Of a DNA stretch of 64,000 nucleotides, positions 19,242 to 29,401 are shown piece by piece. The stretch's first letter is position 1. Every line of letters begins with the position of its first letter. The DNA lies in contig JAVYVJ010000002.1 of NCBI GenBank assembly GCA_038727705.1, positions 359,051-423,050 on the forward strand. The letters run 5' to 3'. A program made the position numbers and the translations under genes. The notes under the pieces were generated by a model. That model did not search any database. It saw only the letters and a list, made by a program, of their open reading frames with translations, and had not been told where the DNA came from. The stretch comes from Zestosphaera sp. (GTDB taxonomy: Archaea; Thermoproteota; Thermoprotei_A; Sulfolobales; NBVN01).

Positions 19242-22200
19242 CTACTCCCTCACCTGAGGGACGGGATGTGTCTTGAGGTACCTGTAGAGGATGAACGCGA
19301 CGAGGGCCAGAAACACCGCGACGAGGGCTAGTATACCGTACCTCAACGTAGCGTCGACCGCCTGGGGGGCTGTCACCGTTGGCGTGGTGGTTGCGACGGG
19401 GGTCACGCCGAACTCCCTAACTAACACCTCCTCCTCATTGTAGGGGTTTCTATAGCTCAACACAAGCTTGACGGTCTCCACGTACGTGCTCAACTTGAGT
19501 GAGACCGCGAAACTTGTTTGTGAGGATGGATCCACATCACCGACGAATACCTCACTGCCCTCCACACCCCCGCCGACTAGCCTAGCCACTATCCTCTGAG
19601 CCTGAGCATTCCCAACGTTTATCAGAGTGCTTGAGAGCCTGACCTCATTCCCGGTGTAGATCACTTTAACGTCTGTCAGCATGAGCTTTATGTAGGGCTC
19701 AATGCTAACGGTGAAGGTCGAGTTCATAACCTGCCTCAAACCGTTCGACGTGGTGTACACCACAGCAGCCATGAACGGAATGTTACCGTAGGTTATGGAG
19801 GCAGGGACTTGGGGCGAGGGTAGCGGATTGATGTAGACAGGCATCTTGAGGGTTACCACGTTGCCCGGATCCAGCCTGCTTATGTATATTGGTGTGGTTT
19901 TGGGGAGGATGACGTAAGACCCGTATGGGTAGACTGCTAGGTAGACGTTGTAGGCGGGGGCGGTGCCCACGTTGAGAAGTTTAAGGGTCATGTTGGCCTC
20001 TCTTGACTCCCTAAAGCTCAGGGAACCCTCACTCCATACCTGAATCAGTATGGGGGAGCCTAACACGCTTACAGGTACCCTGAAACTCTGTGTTCTCAAG
20101 TTACCCCAGTGGTCTATGAAGGAGACGTTGAATAACGCGTAGTACGTCCCGGGACCCGCTGAGAGAACATTCAGCGGTAGTGAGAAGTAGATGTAGTCAC
20201 CCTTACTGAACTGCGTCTGCGTCGGCGTCTGGATGCTCATTGCCTGCGTGTAGTACCTAAGCAGTTCCTGAATCTGAGACCCACCGATCTGCTGAGTCGG
20301 TAGTTGAGGTAGTGACGAGACGGCCAGTATCCTTACTCTACTCTCATTATTTATTGAGGACGTGAGGCCCTCAGGCAGTGAAACGTCGGCCACCAACCCT
20401 CTGACGGAGGGGTACTCTGAGTTCCTCAGCGTTATGAGGAGGACGTTTCCGTAAGTCCCAGGCTCCGCCGGCCTCCCAGCCCAGGATGCCGTGATTAACT
20501 CGAGTCCTTGCAGGACGCCGTTAACGAGTATAGGCACCCTCAGCTCCTCACCAACCCCCACGCCCTCACCACCTGAGTTGACTAGGTAGGTGAGTCTTAA
20601 TCTAGCCTCGTACGTGCCTGGATTCAACGCACCCACGTTCAACTGGAAGGTCAGCTGAGCGACTTGGTTAGGTTGCACAGGTCCGGGCAGGTATGCTGTG
20701 TTCAGGCCCTTACTGGCTGTGAAGCCCTCCGGGAGTGCGAGCTCGCCCAGGATTGACGTCACTGGGTACGGATAACGGTTGATTAACGATATTACGTAGG
20801 TGGCGTTCTGCGTGTTGGGGTATGTGGGGTTGTTATTCAACCAAGCAAACCCTATTAAGCTTAGGTTCCCTAGCTCTTTAGGTGGGTACCTACTCACAGG
20901 TATTGAGGCGGGGTAATTCATGCTCACCGGGATGTTGGAGCCGTACATCGTCACGTAATAGTTGACGGAGATCGTCAAGTTTAGGCGGTTCCCGCTAAAC
21001 ATAGTCAGGTTAACATATGGGGTCAATCTGCATGAAGTGCCCGGACTCAAGTACGTGGAGCAAACCCCTTCACCGTCCACCACACCAACGGTGTGAGGGG
21101 CTGACACTCTAACGTAAACGTAGCTCGCCGCATACCTGCCCAAATTAGTTATCTCCACGTGGAGTGGTTGCATGCCCTCCATCCCGTAGGAGACGGTCGG
21201 TGCAGCGGTGCCCCACCACACCTTACTCAAGACTACGTCGGCGCTGTATTCGTCCGGGCTGGAGATTGGGACCTGGAGGTTCAGGTCTACGGTGCGGTAA
21301 AGTATTGACGTGCCTGTCCTGCTGGAGTACGTAACCGTGAGCAATGAGTCGTAGAGGCCTGGCCTGGCGTTAGGGCTTATGTCGACAACCATCTGCAGTA
21401 GGCATGTAGCTCCGGGTTGAACTCCTGCGAAGCAAGCCCCCCCGATCGACTTCACAGCGACGAATTCCGGGAGCTGAGGGAGGACTTTGAGGACCGTGAG
21501 GGGATCCTGCCCCAGGTTGCTTAACCTCACGTTAAGCACTACGTCCTTCGAGGATGGGAGGGCCTCCGCCACACCCCCCTGATAACTCCATTCAACACTG
21601 CTTAACCTGAGGACGTCCTCCACAACCACCGCGGCCCTGACAGGTAGTGTGATGTTGAACCAGAACTCGGCACCACGGTATGAGGCAAGCCCCTCTAGAC
21701 GGAGGCTAGCCAATATGATGTCTGGGCGGTTCGAGACATTAAGTACTATATCGCTGAAGGTCAGTGTGGCGGTATCACCATAACTTAACTGCCGTCCAAG
21801 AGGGAGCACCACATACTCCCTCCCGTCCCTCGCTCTGAGACCCTCAGGAAGGTTTAAGATAGCGACCAACGAATTTATCGTTGCCAAATCCTTATTCTGC
21901 AGTGTAACGAAGAGCGAGAGAGCTCTTCCCTCAGGGTATGCGACACCATAACTCCAGCCGCTGTCAACCACGACCAGTTTAGGTGCCGCACCCCCGCTAA
22001 CCCGCACGGCTGAAGCAACTACGACCCTACCGTCGTAAGTGACGCCGTCCTCAGTTCTTGAGGTTACGTTGAGATCGAGGTAGACACTGTAAGAGCCGGG
22101 CGTCGCTGACGGAGGTATGTCAACACCCCCGACCTCGAGGACATACGTGCTACCACTAGGCATTGACGGTAGTTGAACCCTAATCTTTTCAGGCTTTAGG

Positions 22201-22841
22201 GGTTGTTGAAGTGTTATAGTGCCGTACCCTCCCATAATGTCTGAGGGGCCTGGATTCCTGACTCTGATGCTCAAGGCAGCGCCCCGAGTGCCGGGGAACA
22301 CTTGATCCGACCCCCACCAAGAATCCACAACCTCTAACGAGGTGGCAGGGTAGTGGCTAACTATAATCGGCACCTCGAGCGTCACGTAGTTTATTTCCGA
22401 ACCGAGTCTGTAGGTTACATCAACCTGCAGGCGGTAGATCCCAGGCCACACGTCGTTTGAGACGTCAACTTGAGTCCTAAGCTGGAAGACCTCCCCAGGG
22501 CCGAACCTGTTGACCCATGAACCGTTTGTTGAGAGGGCTGAGACGCAGGAGGACACTCCGGCAGAGAATTTGAAACCCCACGGAAGCCTGAAGCACCCCT
22601 GAACCCCAGTAATGTATTCGCTCTCATTATTCCTGAGTTCAAGGACTATACGTACGTTCTTACTGCCTGGATATATTGAGGAGCCGCCCGCCGCGTTGTA
22701 TTGGGTCGAACTGACGAGAGTGAGGGCGTTTTGACCTCCCATCACGTAGAGGGGTGCCACCAAAGCAAGCACCAGCGAAGCTAACACCATGCTTAAGACG
22801 GACAGCGAGAGAGCCTCCTTCCTCAGCTCCACCCCCATCAC
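19242..22841 (-). CDS. 1,199-aa cell-surface protein built from about 9-10 CARDB/NEW3-like beta-sandwich repeats, with N-terminal signal/anchor and C-terminal TM anchor
   Basis: N-terminal hydrophobic segment. The recurring motif PG-x-Y-x3-L/V-x-V/L-x-Y (PGIYRLQVDVTY, PGSYSVYLDLNV, PGLYDSLLTVTY, PGTYEARLRLTY, PGTYYALFNVSF) appears roughly every 110-130 aa. A Thr-rich stalk (TPVATTTPTVTAPQ) is followed by a TM (ILALVAVFLALVAFILY). Its stop is 2 nt from the permease start. Confidence 0.8.
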   Translation of the reverse strand: MMGVELRKEALSLSVLSMVLASLVLALVAPLYVMGGQNALTLVSSTQYNAAGGSSIYPGSKNVRIVLELRNNESEYITGVQGCFRLPWGFKFSAGVSSCVSALSTNGSWVNRFGPGEVFQLRTQVDVSNDVWPGIYRLQVDVTYRLGSEINYVTLEVPIIVSHYPATSLEVVDSWWGSDQVFPGTRGAALSIRVRNPGPSDIMGGYGTITLQQPLKPEKIRVQLPSMPSGSTYVLEVGGVDIPPSATPGSYSVYLDLNVTSRTEDGVTYDGRVVVASAVRVSGGAAPKLVVVDSGWSYGVAYPEGRALSLFVTLQNKDLATINSLVAILNLPEGLRARDGREYVVLPLGRQLSYGDTATLTFSDIVLNVSNRPDIILASLRLEGLASYRGAEFWFNITLPVRAAVVVEDVLRLSSVEWSYQGGVAEALPSSKDVVLNVRLSNLGQDPLTVLKVLPQLPEFVAVKSIGGACFAGVQPGATCLLQMVVDISPNARPGLYDSLLTVTYSSRTGTSILYRTVDLNLQVPISSPDEYSADVVLSKVWWGTAAPTVSYGMEGMQPLHVEITNLGRYAASYVYVRVSAPHTVGVVDGEGVCSTYLSPGTSCRLTPYVNLTMFSGNRLNLTISVNYYVTMYGSNIPVSMNYPASIPVSRYPPKELGNLSLIGFAWLNNNPTYPNTQNATYVISLINRYPYPVTSILGELALPEGFTASKGLNTAYLPGPVQPNQVAQLTFQLNVGALNPGTYEARLRLTYLVNSGGEGVGVGEELRVPILVNGVLQGLELITASWAGRPAEPGTYGNVLLITLRNSEYPSVRGLVADVSLPEGLTSSINNESRVRILAVSSLPQLPTQQIGGSQIQELLRYYTQAMSIQTPTQTQFSKGDYIYFSLPLNVLSAGPGTYYALFNVSFIDHWGNLRTQSFRVPVSVLGSPILIQVWSEGSLSFRESREANMTLKLLNVGTAPAYNVYLAVYPYGSYVILPKTTPIYISRLDPGNVVTLKMPVYINPLPSPQVPASITYGNIPFMAAVVYTTSNGLRQVMNSTFTVSIEPYIKLMLTDVKVIYTGNEVRLSSTLINVGNAQAQRIVARLVGGGVEGSEVFVGDVDPSSQTSFAVSLKLSTYVETVKLVLSYRNPYNEEEVLVREFGVTPVATTTPTVTAPQAVDATLRYGILALVAVFLALVAFILYRYLKTHPVPQVRE

Positions 22842-23062
22842 CTGAGTTAAACTAAGAACGACCGGTTATATACGTTAAATAATAACTGAGAACACTCCTT
22901 CGACTCAGGACATGGGCTTGTTTTCTGTGCTTTTAGTGTTCTGGGTGTTTGTCGGGGACCCCGGACCCCTAGGGTCGCGGCAACACGTGTGGGAGGGGGT
23001 TAGAGGAAACTACGCCAAAACAACCTAGAACAGAGACAGTAAGACCGGCTGGACCTCCATCT

Positions 23063-23443
23063 TCATTTCCGTGTCTGCGATGCGGTGCCGTGCATGGCTT
23101 CCCAATACTCCATCAAGTCGTACCCGTAGAGGGTCTTGAACGCCTCCCTACCTTCAGGGGTCATTCTGCTCGGATCCCACGGCGGGTTGAAGGTGAGTTC
23201 CACCGTGACCTCTCTGACGCCGTCGATGCTTCTTAACGTGTCCTCCACCATAGATACCAGCGAGCTGGCTAACGGGCAGCCGGGGGCTGTCAGAGTCATT
23301 AAGACGTAGACATCCCCTGCCTCACTAACTCTCAGGTCATACACGAGTCCTAAGTCCCACACGTTTATAGGTATTTCAGGATCGTATAAGCCCTTCAGAG
23401 CGTCGATTGCCCTACCTCTTAAGTCCGAGCTCACGTCAATCAC
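23063..23443 (-). CDS. DUF59 / SufT (MIP18)-family Fe-S cluster assembly protein
   Basis: 126 aa. DPEIPINVWDLGLVY and LTAPGCPLA motifs characteristic of DUF59. Confidence 0.8.
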   Translation of the reverse strand: MIDVSSDLRGRAIDALKGLYDPEIPINVWDLGLVYDLRVSEAGDVYVLMTLTAPGCPLASSLVSMVEDTLRSIDGVREVTVELTFNPPWDPSRMTPEGREAFKTLYGYDLMEYWEAMHGTASQTRK

Positions 23444-23566
23444 CTACTCACTAAAATATCATTAACAGAGTTAAATAGGTTCTGACCCCCACCTTGAAGG
23501 GCAAGACTTTCAGCTGTAAGCAAAAGTTATAAGCATCCACGTCGAAGTGGGAGATGGTATGCTAGG

Positions 23567-23992
23567 ATGCTTAAGGTAGGGGTTTTCGACTTCGCCAGTA
23601 AGTATGTGGTACCAGCCATTAAGAAGATGCTTATCGGGATTCTCTACAGGGAGTACGGCTTCACCCAGTTAACTATTTCGAGGATGTTGGGGGTCTCTCA
23701 GTCGTCGGTCTCCAAGAACGTCTCTAAGTATAAGCTACTCGCTACGGAGTTGGGGGGTCTCTCAGTTGTTGAGGCGGCTGTGAGGAGGTTGGCGGAGGGG
23801 TTGGTGAACGGGGACCTAAGGGTCAAGGATCTTGAGTTAGCTATAGACGTGCTGGCTTTGGAGTTGCTGCGCGAGGGGCATTTATGCAAGTATCACTCAC
23901 TGATCTCGGAAGATATTAAGCTCGACTCATGTAATCTATGTCGGGAGCTCTTCAGAGCTAATGTGTTGGGAGGTGGTGATGCAAGTGTTTAA
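23567..23992 (+). CDS. HTH transcriptional regulator with C-terminal Cys pairs (archaeal COG2522-like)
   Basis: The helix-turn-helix GFTQLTISRMLGVSQSSVSKNVSK is preceded by VVPAIKKML. C-terminal C-x17-C-x2-C. Paralogue of 57222..57581. Confidence 0.65.
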   Translation: MLKVGVFDFASKYVVPAIKKMLIGILYREYGFTQLTISRMLGVSQSSVSKNVSKYKLLATELGGLSVVEAAVRRLAEGLVNGDLRVKDLELAIDVLALELLREGHLCKYHSLISEDIKLDSCNLCRELFRANVLGGGDASV

Positions 23993-24518
23993 GTACGTTA
24001 CTAGGGTGATGCATCCGAGGCCCGTGAGCATCGTTGTAAGTAGGTCAAGGGATGGGAAGGTTAACGGCTGCGCAGTCGCCTGGTTCATGCCGGTCAACGT
24101 CGACCCCTTCATGTTTGCAATCACGTTAAGTCCTAGAAGGCTGACGTACGAATACATTAAGGAGTCGGGGGAGGTAACGCTGAACGTAATACCCTACAGA
24201 CTTGCTGAGGCAGCCCACCGTGCCGGCAGTGTTTCGGGTAGGGAGGTGGAGGATAAGCTCACGAAATTCGGTTTCGAGTTAGAGCCCTCGGTTAGGGTGG
24301 GCGTCCCCCACATTAAGGGGGTTCCAGCATATGCTGAGGGGTTGTTGAGGAATGAACTGCAGTTCAGCGACCGCTCCCTGATGGTGTTCGAGTGCGTCCA
24401 CGTCCACGTGGACGAGAAGTACTTTAAAGACGGCGCCTTCACAGAAGACACTGAAGTACTGCTTCACGTCGGAGGGAACACGTACGCGAGACCCTGCCGC
24501 TATGTCAGGATAGACTGA
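23961..24518 (+). CDS. flavin reductase-like FMN-binding (split-barrel) domain protein
   Basis: RPVSIVVSRSRDGKVNGCAVAWFMPVNVDPFMFAITLSPRRLTYEYIKESGEVTLNV matches the flavin reductase-like domain pattern. An alternative in-frame ATG at 23979 reduces the overlap with the upstream regulator. Confidence 0.7.
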   Translation: MCWEVVMQVFKYVTRVMHPRPVSIVVSRSRDGKVNGCAVAWFMPVNVDPFMFAITLSPRRLTYEYIKESGEVTLNVIPYRLAEAAHRAGSVSGREVEDKLTKFGFELEPSVRVGVPHIKGVPAYAEGLLRNELQFSDRSLMVFECVHVHVDEKYFKDGAFTEDTEVLLHVGGNTYARPCRYVRID

Positions 24519-24581
24519 CCGCCACCCTCGAAAAGCCGAAGTAACTTTTTAAACCACGTAGCATCAAGTGTTAGCGTTGAT

Positions 24582-25184
24582 TCAGTTTGAGAGGAGAGTG
24601 ATCGCAGGTATTAATACCGGCACCATGACCGTCAGCAACATGCCGTGGACGAACGCCATGACGCCCACCTCAGCACCGCCCACGGAAGTTATTAGGGGCA
24701 GCGTCGTGTCCATGGTGGTAGCCCCGCCCACACTCACCGATGAGTACCTCCACCTCCTGGCGAGTAACGGGTAGGTGAGGTACGTGTAGACCTCCCTCAA
24801 TACGTTGGACACGTATCCGAGGAACCCTACGTACGGATCAATGTTGCCCAGGTACGTTCCTGTGAAGCTGTACCAACCCATGCCGGCAGCTATTGCTAAC
24901 GAGTATCTCAATGAGAAGCCCGTCAGCAGGTGGGTCACTAGCCCGCCGGTGAGGGAGCCGGCAACCGTTGCCAGGGGCATCACTAAGCTCCATAAGGTCC
25001 TCCTCCTAACGGTGCGGAGGACGCTGTCGAAGTCCAGGCCTATCGTGACGCCTGTTATGAAGATCAGTCCCAGAAGAACCGTCCACACCAGCTCCTCAGG
25101 AGTTCTGAAATCGAGCGCCAGCCCGGCCAGTATCCCCAGAACGAAGACGACTGAAACCCATGAAACCCACACATCCCTGCCCAT
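24582..25184 (-). CDS. LysO-family (DUF340) membrane protein, large subunit
   Basis: 200 aa, about 6 TM, adjacent to a 92-aa DUF340-like partner. The split DUF340 arrangement is common in archaea. Confidence 0.65.
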   Translation of the reverse strand: MGRDVWVSWVSVVFVLGILAGLALDFRTPEELVWTVLLGLIFITGVTIGLDFDSVLRTVRRRTLWSLVMPLATVAGSLTGGLVTHLLTGFSLRYSLAIAAGMGWYSFTGTYLGNIDPYVGFLGYVSNVLREVYTYLTYPLLARRWRYSSVSVGGATTMDTTLPLITSVGGAEVGVMAFVHGMLLTVMVPVLIPAITLLSN

Positions 25185-25190
25185 GACACC

Positions 25191-25469
25191 TCAACCTCTG
25201 ACAATGACGTACGCAACCGCCAGACTGAGGGCTGTGGGGATTGCTGAGAACATAAGTACCGTGAGTAAGACTTGAGCGCCGCTGGACAGCATGTCTGGCA
25301 GCACGTCAGCCACCCTCAATCCTATCATGAAGACTAGAGTGTAGGTCATGAGGAGGGCGATCCCCCCTAGCCTGCTCCTCAAACTGTCCTTCAACGAACG
25401 CCTGCGGGAGAGCGCGTTGATTGAAACGCCTACGATTATGCCAGCACACAGCGCTACTACGACTTCCAA
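25191..25469 (-). CDS. LysO-family (DUF340) membrane protein, small subunit
   Basis: 92 aa with 3 TM. Ends 6 nt upstream of the larger DUF340-like gene. Confidence 0.55.
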   Translation of the reverse strand: MEVVVALCAGIIVGVSINALSRRRSLKDSLRSRLGGIALLMTYTLVFMIGLRVADVLPDMLSSGAQVLLTVLMFSAIPTALSLAVAYVIVRG

Positions 25470-25556
25470 GCCAGCACCCTTGTCCTCTAGACGCTTTCAG
25501 CGTTTTAAGCGTTAAGGCGTTATAGTTTTTATTGCTGAGCTCAGCGATTAGAGTAG

Positions 25557-26303
25557 ATGTGGCTGATGAGCGCCCGGAGTACTGACGCGATAATGAGGTT
25601 GGAGGACGTTTGGAAGGCCTACAGAGTGGGTGATATAGTCACCTGGGCGTTGAGGGGCGTTAACTTAAGCGTTGAGAGGGGGGACTTCATCTCCATCATG
25701 GGTCCTTCAGGCTCCGGCAAGACGACGTTGCTTAACATACTCGGCCTGCTTGACAGGCCCACTAGAGGCAGGGTATATATAGACGGTGTTGAGGTCTCCG
25801 GCCTGAAGTCAGATGAACTGGCTAGACTTAGGAACAGGAAGATAGGGTTCGTCTTCCAGCAGTTTAACCTAATAGCTCGGATGACCGTCTACGAGAACAT
25901 AGAGCTATCTCTAGTGCCTGCGCGGGTCTCGACGTCCAGGAGGCGTGAAATGATCTTAAGGGCTCTGAAGTCCGTCGGGGGTGAGGAGGGGTGGCTTGTG
26001 AAGAAGCCGACTCAACTTTCCGGCGGGCAGCAACAGAGGGTGGCTATAGCTAGAGCACTGGTGAATAACCCGGAGATAATACTTGCTGACGAGCCGACGG
26101 GGAATCTGGACAGAGCGTCGGCTAAGGTTGTGTTGGAGACCTTTCTTAAACTCAATAGAGGGGGTCAGACAATCATAGTAGTTACTCACGACCCCGAGGT
26201 AGCGAATTGCACTAATAAGATCCACCTAATCAGGGACGGCGTGATAGTGGAAACCAAGAAGTCTGAGAGGAGCTTATGTATAGCGCTTAAGGAGGCTCCG
26301 TAG
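25557..26303 (+). CDS. ABC transporter ATP-binding protein (MacB/LolD-type)
   Basis: Walker [11 protein letters not shown]-loop, signature [15 protein letters not shown], Walker [13 protein letters not shown]-loop VTHD. The FVFQQFNL block is typical of the LolD/MacB clade. Confidence 0.9.
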   Translation: MWLMSARSTDAIMRLEDVWKAYRVGDIVTWALRGVNLSVERGDFISIMGPSGSGKTTLLNILGLLDRPTRGRVYIDGVEVSGLKSDELARLRNRKIGFVFQQFNLIARMTVYENIELSLVPARVSTSRRREMILRALKSVGGEEGWLVKKPTQLSGGQQQRVAIARALVNNPEIILADEPTGNLDRASAKVVLETFLKLNRGGQTIIVVTHDPEVANCTNKIHLIRDGVIVETKKSERSLCIALKEAP

Positions 26304-26475
26304 GTAGAGGGGGTCTGAGCGTCCTGACGCACCTCGCGTAGAACATGCAGACCTAACTGTTTGCTGAGGGCCCCCGGCTCGTGAGCGGGTTCACATCTTG
26401 CCGAGTCAGGGGGGTCGGGTCGCGGAGGACTTAAATACAACCTAACGCATATCCTACTTTAGGTTAAGCAGAGAG

Positions 26476-27723
26476 ATGAATGAATTACGCGAATTAATCG
26501 AGAGTGAGATTAGGAGGCCCTCCGTCTTCATTGATGAGTCAATCCTGTACCCTGAGTATGTGCCGCCCGTGATAAGGCATAGGGATGAGCAGCTGAGGCA
26601 GTTGGTCAGGCTTTTCAAGCCGGTGGTCCTGGATCCCGGAGCGACCAGCGTTAAGGCCCTCCTAGCAGGGCCTGTAGGCACTGGGAAGACCGTGACCGCG
26701 TCAGTGTTCGGACGTGAGATGGCCAGAGTGGCTGAGAAGAAAGGCGTTAACCTGAGGTATGTCCACGTTAACTGTTCTAAATCCAGAAACCTTGTAGGCG
26801 TCATGAGGGAGGCTAAGGGGATGTTAGGGCTACACATACCTGATAGAGGTCTCTCCTCGAATGAGTTGTTGTCGATTTTTCTCAGGATGTTGGACAGGGA
26901 GAACATGCACATAATAATGACGCTCGACGAATTCGATTATTTTCTGGGCGTCGCCCCGCCGGAGGATCGCTACTCCTTACTGAGGCTTTACGACATATTC
27001 CAAACTAGCGTTAAGAGGGTGAGCATGCTCTTCATAGCCAGGGGCTCCCCGGCCGGCGTGTGGTCGAGGGTGGATACGATGACCGGTGGTTACTTGATGA
27101 AGAACTTGATATCGTTCGAGCCGTATAGGGCTGTTGAACTGCATGCGATACTTAAGGATAGGGTGGAAAGGACCTTCTACGAGGGAGTTGTTAGTGATGA
27201 GGTACTCGACCACATATCCAGGATGTGTGGTTATGATACGGGTGGCGACGGAAACGCTAGGAGGGCGCTGGCGATCCTGCACGCTGCCGGCAAGCTGGCT
27301 GACAGGGAGTTCGCCGAGGGGAAGACCAGCAGAGTCACGATAGAGCATGTAAGGCAGGTTATTGGCCACGAATATCCGGCGCTGATAGATCTGCTGGATT
27401 CACTGCACTATCTCGGGCTGCATGAACTTCTGGTGCTTAAGGCAGTGGTGCAAGCGCTTAAGGAGAGCGGTCTGGAGTACGTCCCCATAAGCATAGTTGA
27501 ATCTACCTACGAGAGGATCTGCAATGAGGTTGGTGAGACGCCTAAGAAGCACACCCAGCTCTACATGTGTCTGATGGACCTCAAGCAAAGGGGTTTAATA
27601 CTGACCAGGAGCTCTATTAAGGGGAGGAGGGGCAGGAGCACCTACGTGGGTTTCGGGATGGCGCCCTTGAACGAGACCCTCCAACGACTTGATGCGGTAA
27701 TCAAGCAGGTGAAGGTGGTCTAG
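26476..27723 (+). CDS. cdc6: Orc1/Cdc6 replication initiator
   Basis: 415 aa. N-terminal PEYVPPVIRHRDEQLRQL, Walker A GPVGTGKT, Walker B MTLDEFD, sensor region GDGNARRALAIL, C-terminal winged helix. Confidence 0.95.
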   Translation: MNELRELIESEIRRPSVFIDESILYPEYVPPVIRHRDEQLRQLVRLFKPVVLDPGATSVKALLAGPVGTGKTVTASVFGREMARVAEKKGVNLRYVHVNCSKSRNLVGVMREAKGMLGLHIPDRGLSSNELLSIFLRMLDRENMHIIMTLDEFDYFLGVAPPEDRYSLLRLYDIFQTSVKRVSMLFIARGSPAGVWSRVDTMTGGYLMKNLISFEPYRAVELHAILKDRVERTFYEGVVSDEVLDHISRMCGYDTGGDGNARRALAILHAAGKLADREFAEGKTSRVTIEHVRQVIGHEYPALIDLLDSLHYLGLHELLVLKAVVQALKESGLEYVPISIVESTYERICNEVGETPKKHTQLYMCLMDLKQRGLILTRSSIKGRRGRSTYVGFGMAPLNETLQRLDAVIKQVKVV

Positions 27724-27983
27724 TGAACAATTCCCTCGAGGACGTGTTGCTGAGCAGGGCTAGGGTTAGGGTACTTAAGATAGTTTTCAGCAAGGGTGAG
27801 GCAAACATAAGCCAGGTGGTTAGGGAGACGGGCCTCAACCATAAGCTGGTTTCCAAGCACCTGAAGCACCTAGTTGACGCAGGCTTGGTTGAGGAGGTTA
27901 GGATCGGCAGGCTCAGGCTCTTCAGGCCTAACTGGCTCAACCCTAAAGCCAGGATAGTTGAGGAGTTGATTAACATACTCTGA
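27723..27983 (+). CDS. small ArsR-like winged-helix protein translationally coupled to cdc6
   Basis: 86 aa. Its GTG start shares one nucleotide with the cdc6 stop codon. The pattern LSRARVRVLKIV...ANISQVVRETGLNHKLVSKHLKHLVDAGLVEE is an ArsR/wHTH pattern. Confidence 0.65.
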   Translation: MNNSLEDVLLSRARVRVLKIVFSKGEANISQVVRETGLNHKLVSKHLKHLVDAGLVEEVRIGRLRLFRPNWLNPKARIVEELINIL

Positions 27984-27985
27984 AC

Positions 27986-29401
27986 TCACTTCCTGGAGAA
28001 CGCGTCCAACCCACTCCTCCCTGGATGATCTGCTCTACCAACTGGCTTGCTGATGTTGCCGCGGGCCCTAACTCCAGCCTGATTCCCGGACCCCTCAGCC
28101 CGTGATCTAAGCATCCTCCTCAACTCCTTGACTTTAGCGACTACTTCATCACCCCTCTCCCGTGAGAGGTATTTGATCATTGCGTCTGTGAGGTTCAACG
28201 TTATGGCTAGTCTTGCTGCAACGTCCACATTCGTCTCGAAGATCGCTTTAACGTAGGGCAGAACCTCCTTCAAGACCTTGGCCTTAGAGGTGTGTACGTG
28301 CGCCCCTATCGCTTCCGCTATGCTCTCCCTCAACACCCTGGCCTCCTTGGTCTGGGACATCAGCCTTATCTTCTCGGGGAACTGATAGCTAACCCACCTG
28401 TACTTAGACTTGACATCATTCTTCGGTGCAAGAGCAACCCCAGCAGTCATTAACTCAGTGACGTATGCGAGGAGATCCCACGAGTTTGTCCTGACTATCC
28501 GCCCCCTGTAGACGTCGGCCTTAGCAAGCACCTCATAAGCCCTCCACAAGTCCTCAGGGTCTGTGAACTGCCTCGGAAGGTTTTCGTTTATCCACTCCAT
28601 CAGTGTGTCCGGATCCAGATCCGTCTGGGTTGCGTTTAGCCTGGCCTGCCAGATGTACTTGGATGTGAAGATATTACGCACGACCTCAAAGGGCTCCAAC
28701 ACCCTGTCCCTAGTCCTCAGTATCTGCTTAGCCAACTCCTCAGTAACTTTACCGGCGCCCTCAGCAACCGCTTCCAGATCGTTTATCGCAGACCTCAAGT
28801 CACCCCCGGACTTCTCAGCTATAAAATTAAGCGCTCCCTCATCGCAGGTTAGACCCTCAGAGGAGCATATCCTCCCAAGAACGTGGACGACGTCCGATTT
28901 CCTCAGTCTCCTGAACCCGATGAGCAGCGACGCTTCCCTTAGAGGCCTCAGCCTGAGATCCCAAGGGTTGTTAGCGATCATGACCACCGGGTTCTTGGTA
29001 ACCTCCAGGAGGTCGAGGATTGCCTCAATAGCTCCTGCGTCAACAGCGCCGGTGACGGTTAGGCCGTCTATCTCGTCCAGGAGGATTAACCTCCTCTCGG
29101 CGAAAAGCCCTCTCTGCACGCTGGCCAGTCTAGCCACCCTCTCAATGTCCTGAGCCCTCCTGTAGTCGCTGGCGTTCATCTCAACCAACTGCAGCCCGTA
29201 CTCCCTGCAGAGGGCCTCGACCACCGAGGTCTTCCCAGAGCCGGGCGGGCCGTGGAGGAGTGCTGCCTTCCTCTCAGCCCTTCCAGCAAGCCAGTCATCA
29301 AGCCACTTCTTGAGAGTCTCCACCGCCTCCTTCTGATTCACGAAATCGCTGAGTTTCCTAGGCCTGTACTTGACGACCCAAGGAACCTTACTTGCCGACA
29401 C
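27986..29401 (-). CDS. rfcL: replication factor C large subunit
   Basis: PWVVKYRPRKLSDFVNQ, Walker A GPPGSGKTS, Walker B ILLDEIDG, basic C-terminal tail. 471 aa. Confidence 0.9.
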   Translation of the reverse strand: MSASKVPWVVKYRPRKLSDFVNQKEAVETLKKWLDDWLAGRAERKAALLHGPPGSGKTSVVEALCREYGLQLVEMNASDYRRAQDIERVARLASVQRGLFAERRLILLDEIDGLTVTGAVDAGAIEAILDLLEVTKNPVVMIANNPWDLRLRPLREASLLIGFRRLRKSDVVHVLGRICSSEGLTCDEGALNFIAEKSGGDLRSAINDLEAVAEGAGKVTEELAKQILRTRDRVLEPFEVVRNIFTSKYIWQARLNATQTDLDPDTLMEWINENLPRQFTDPEDLWRAYEVLAKADVYRGRIVRTNSWDLLAYVTELMTAGVALAPKNDVKSKYRWVSYQFPEKIRLMSQTKEARVLRESIAEAIGAHVHTSKAKVLKEVLPYVKAIFETNVDVAARLAITLNLTDAMIKYLSRERGDEVVAKVKELRRMLRSRAEGSGNQAGVRARGNISKPVGRADHPGRSGLDAFSRK

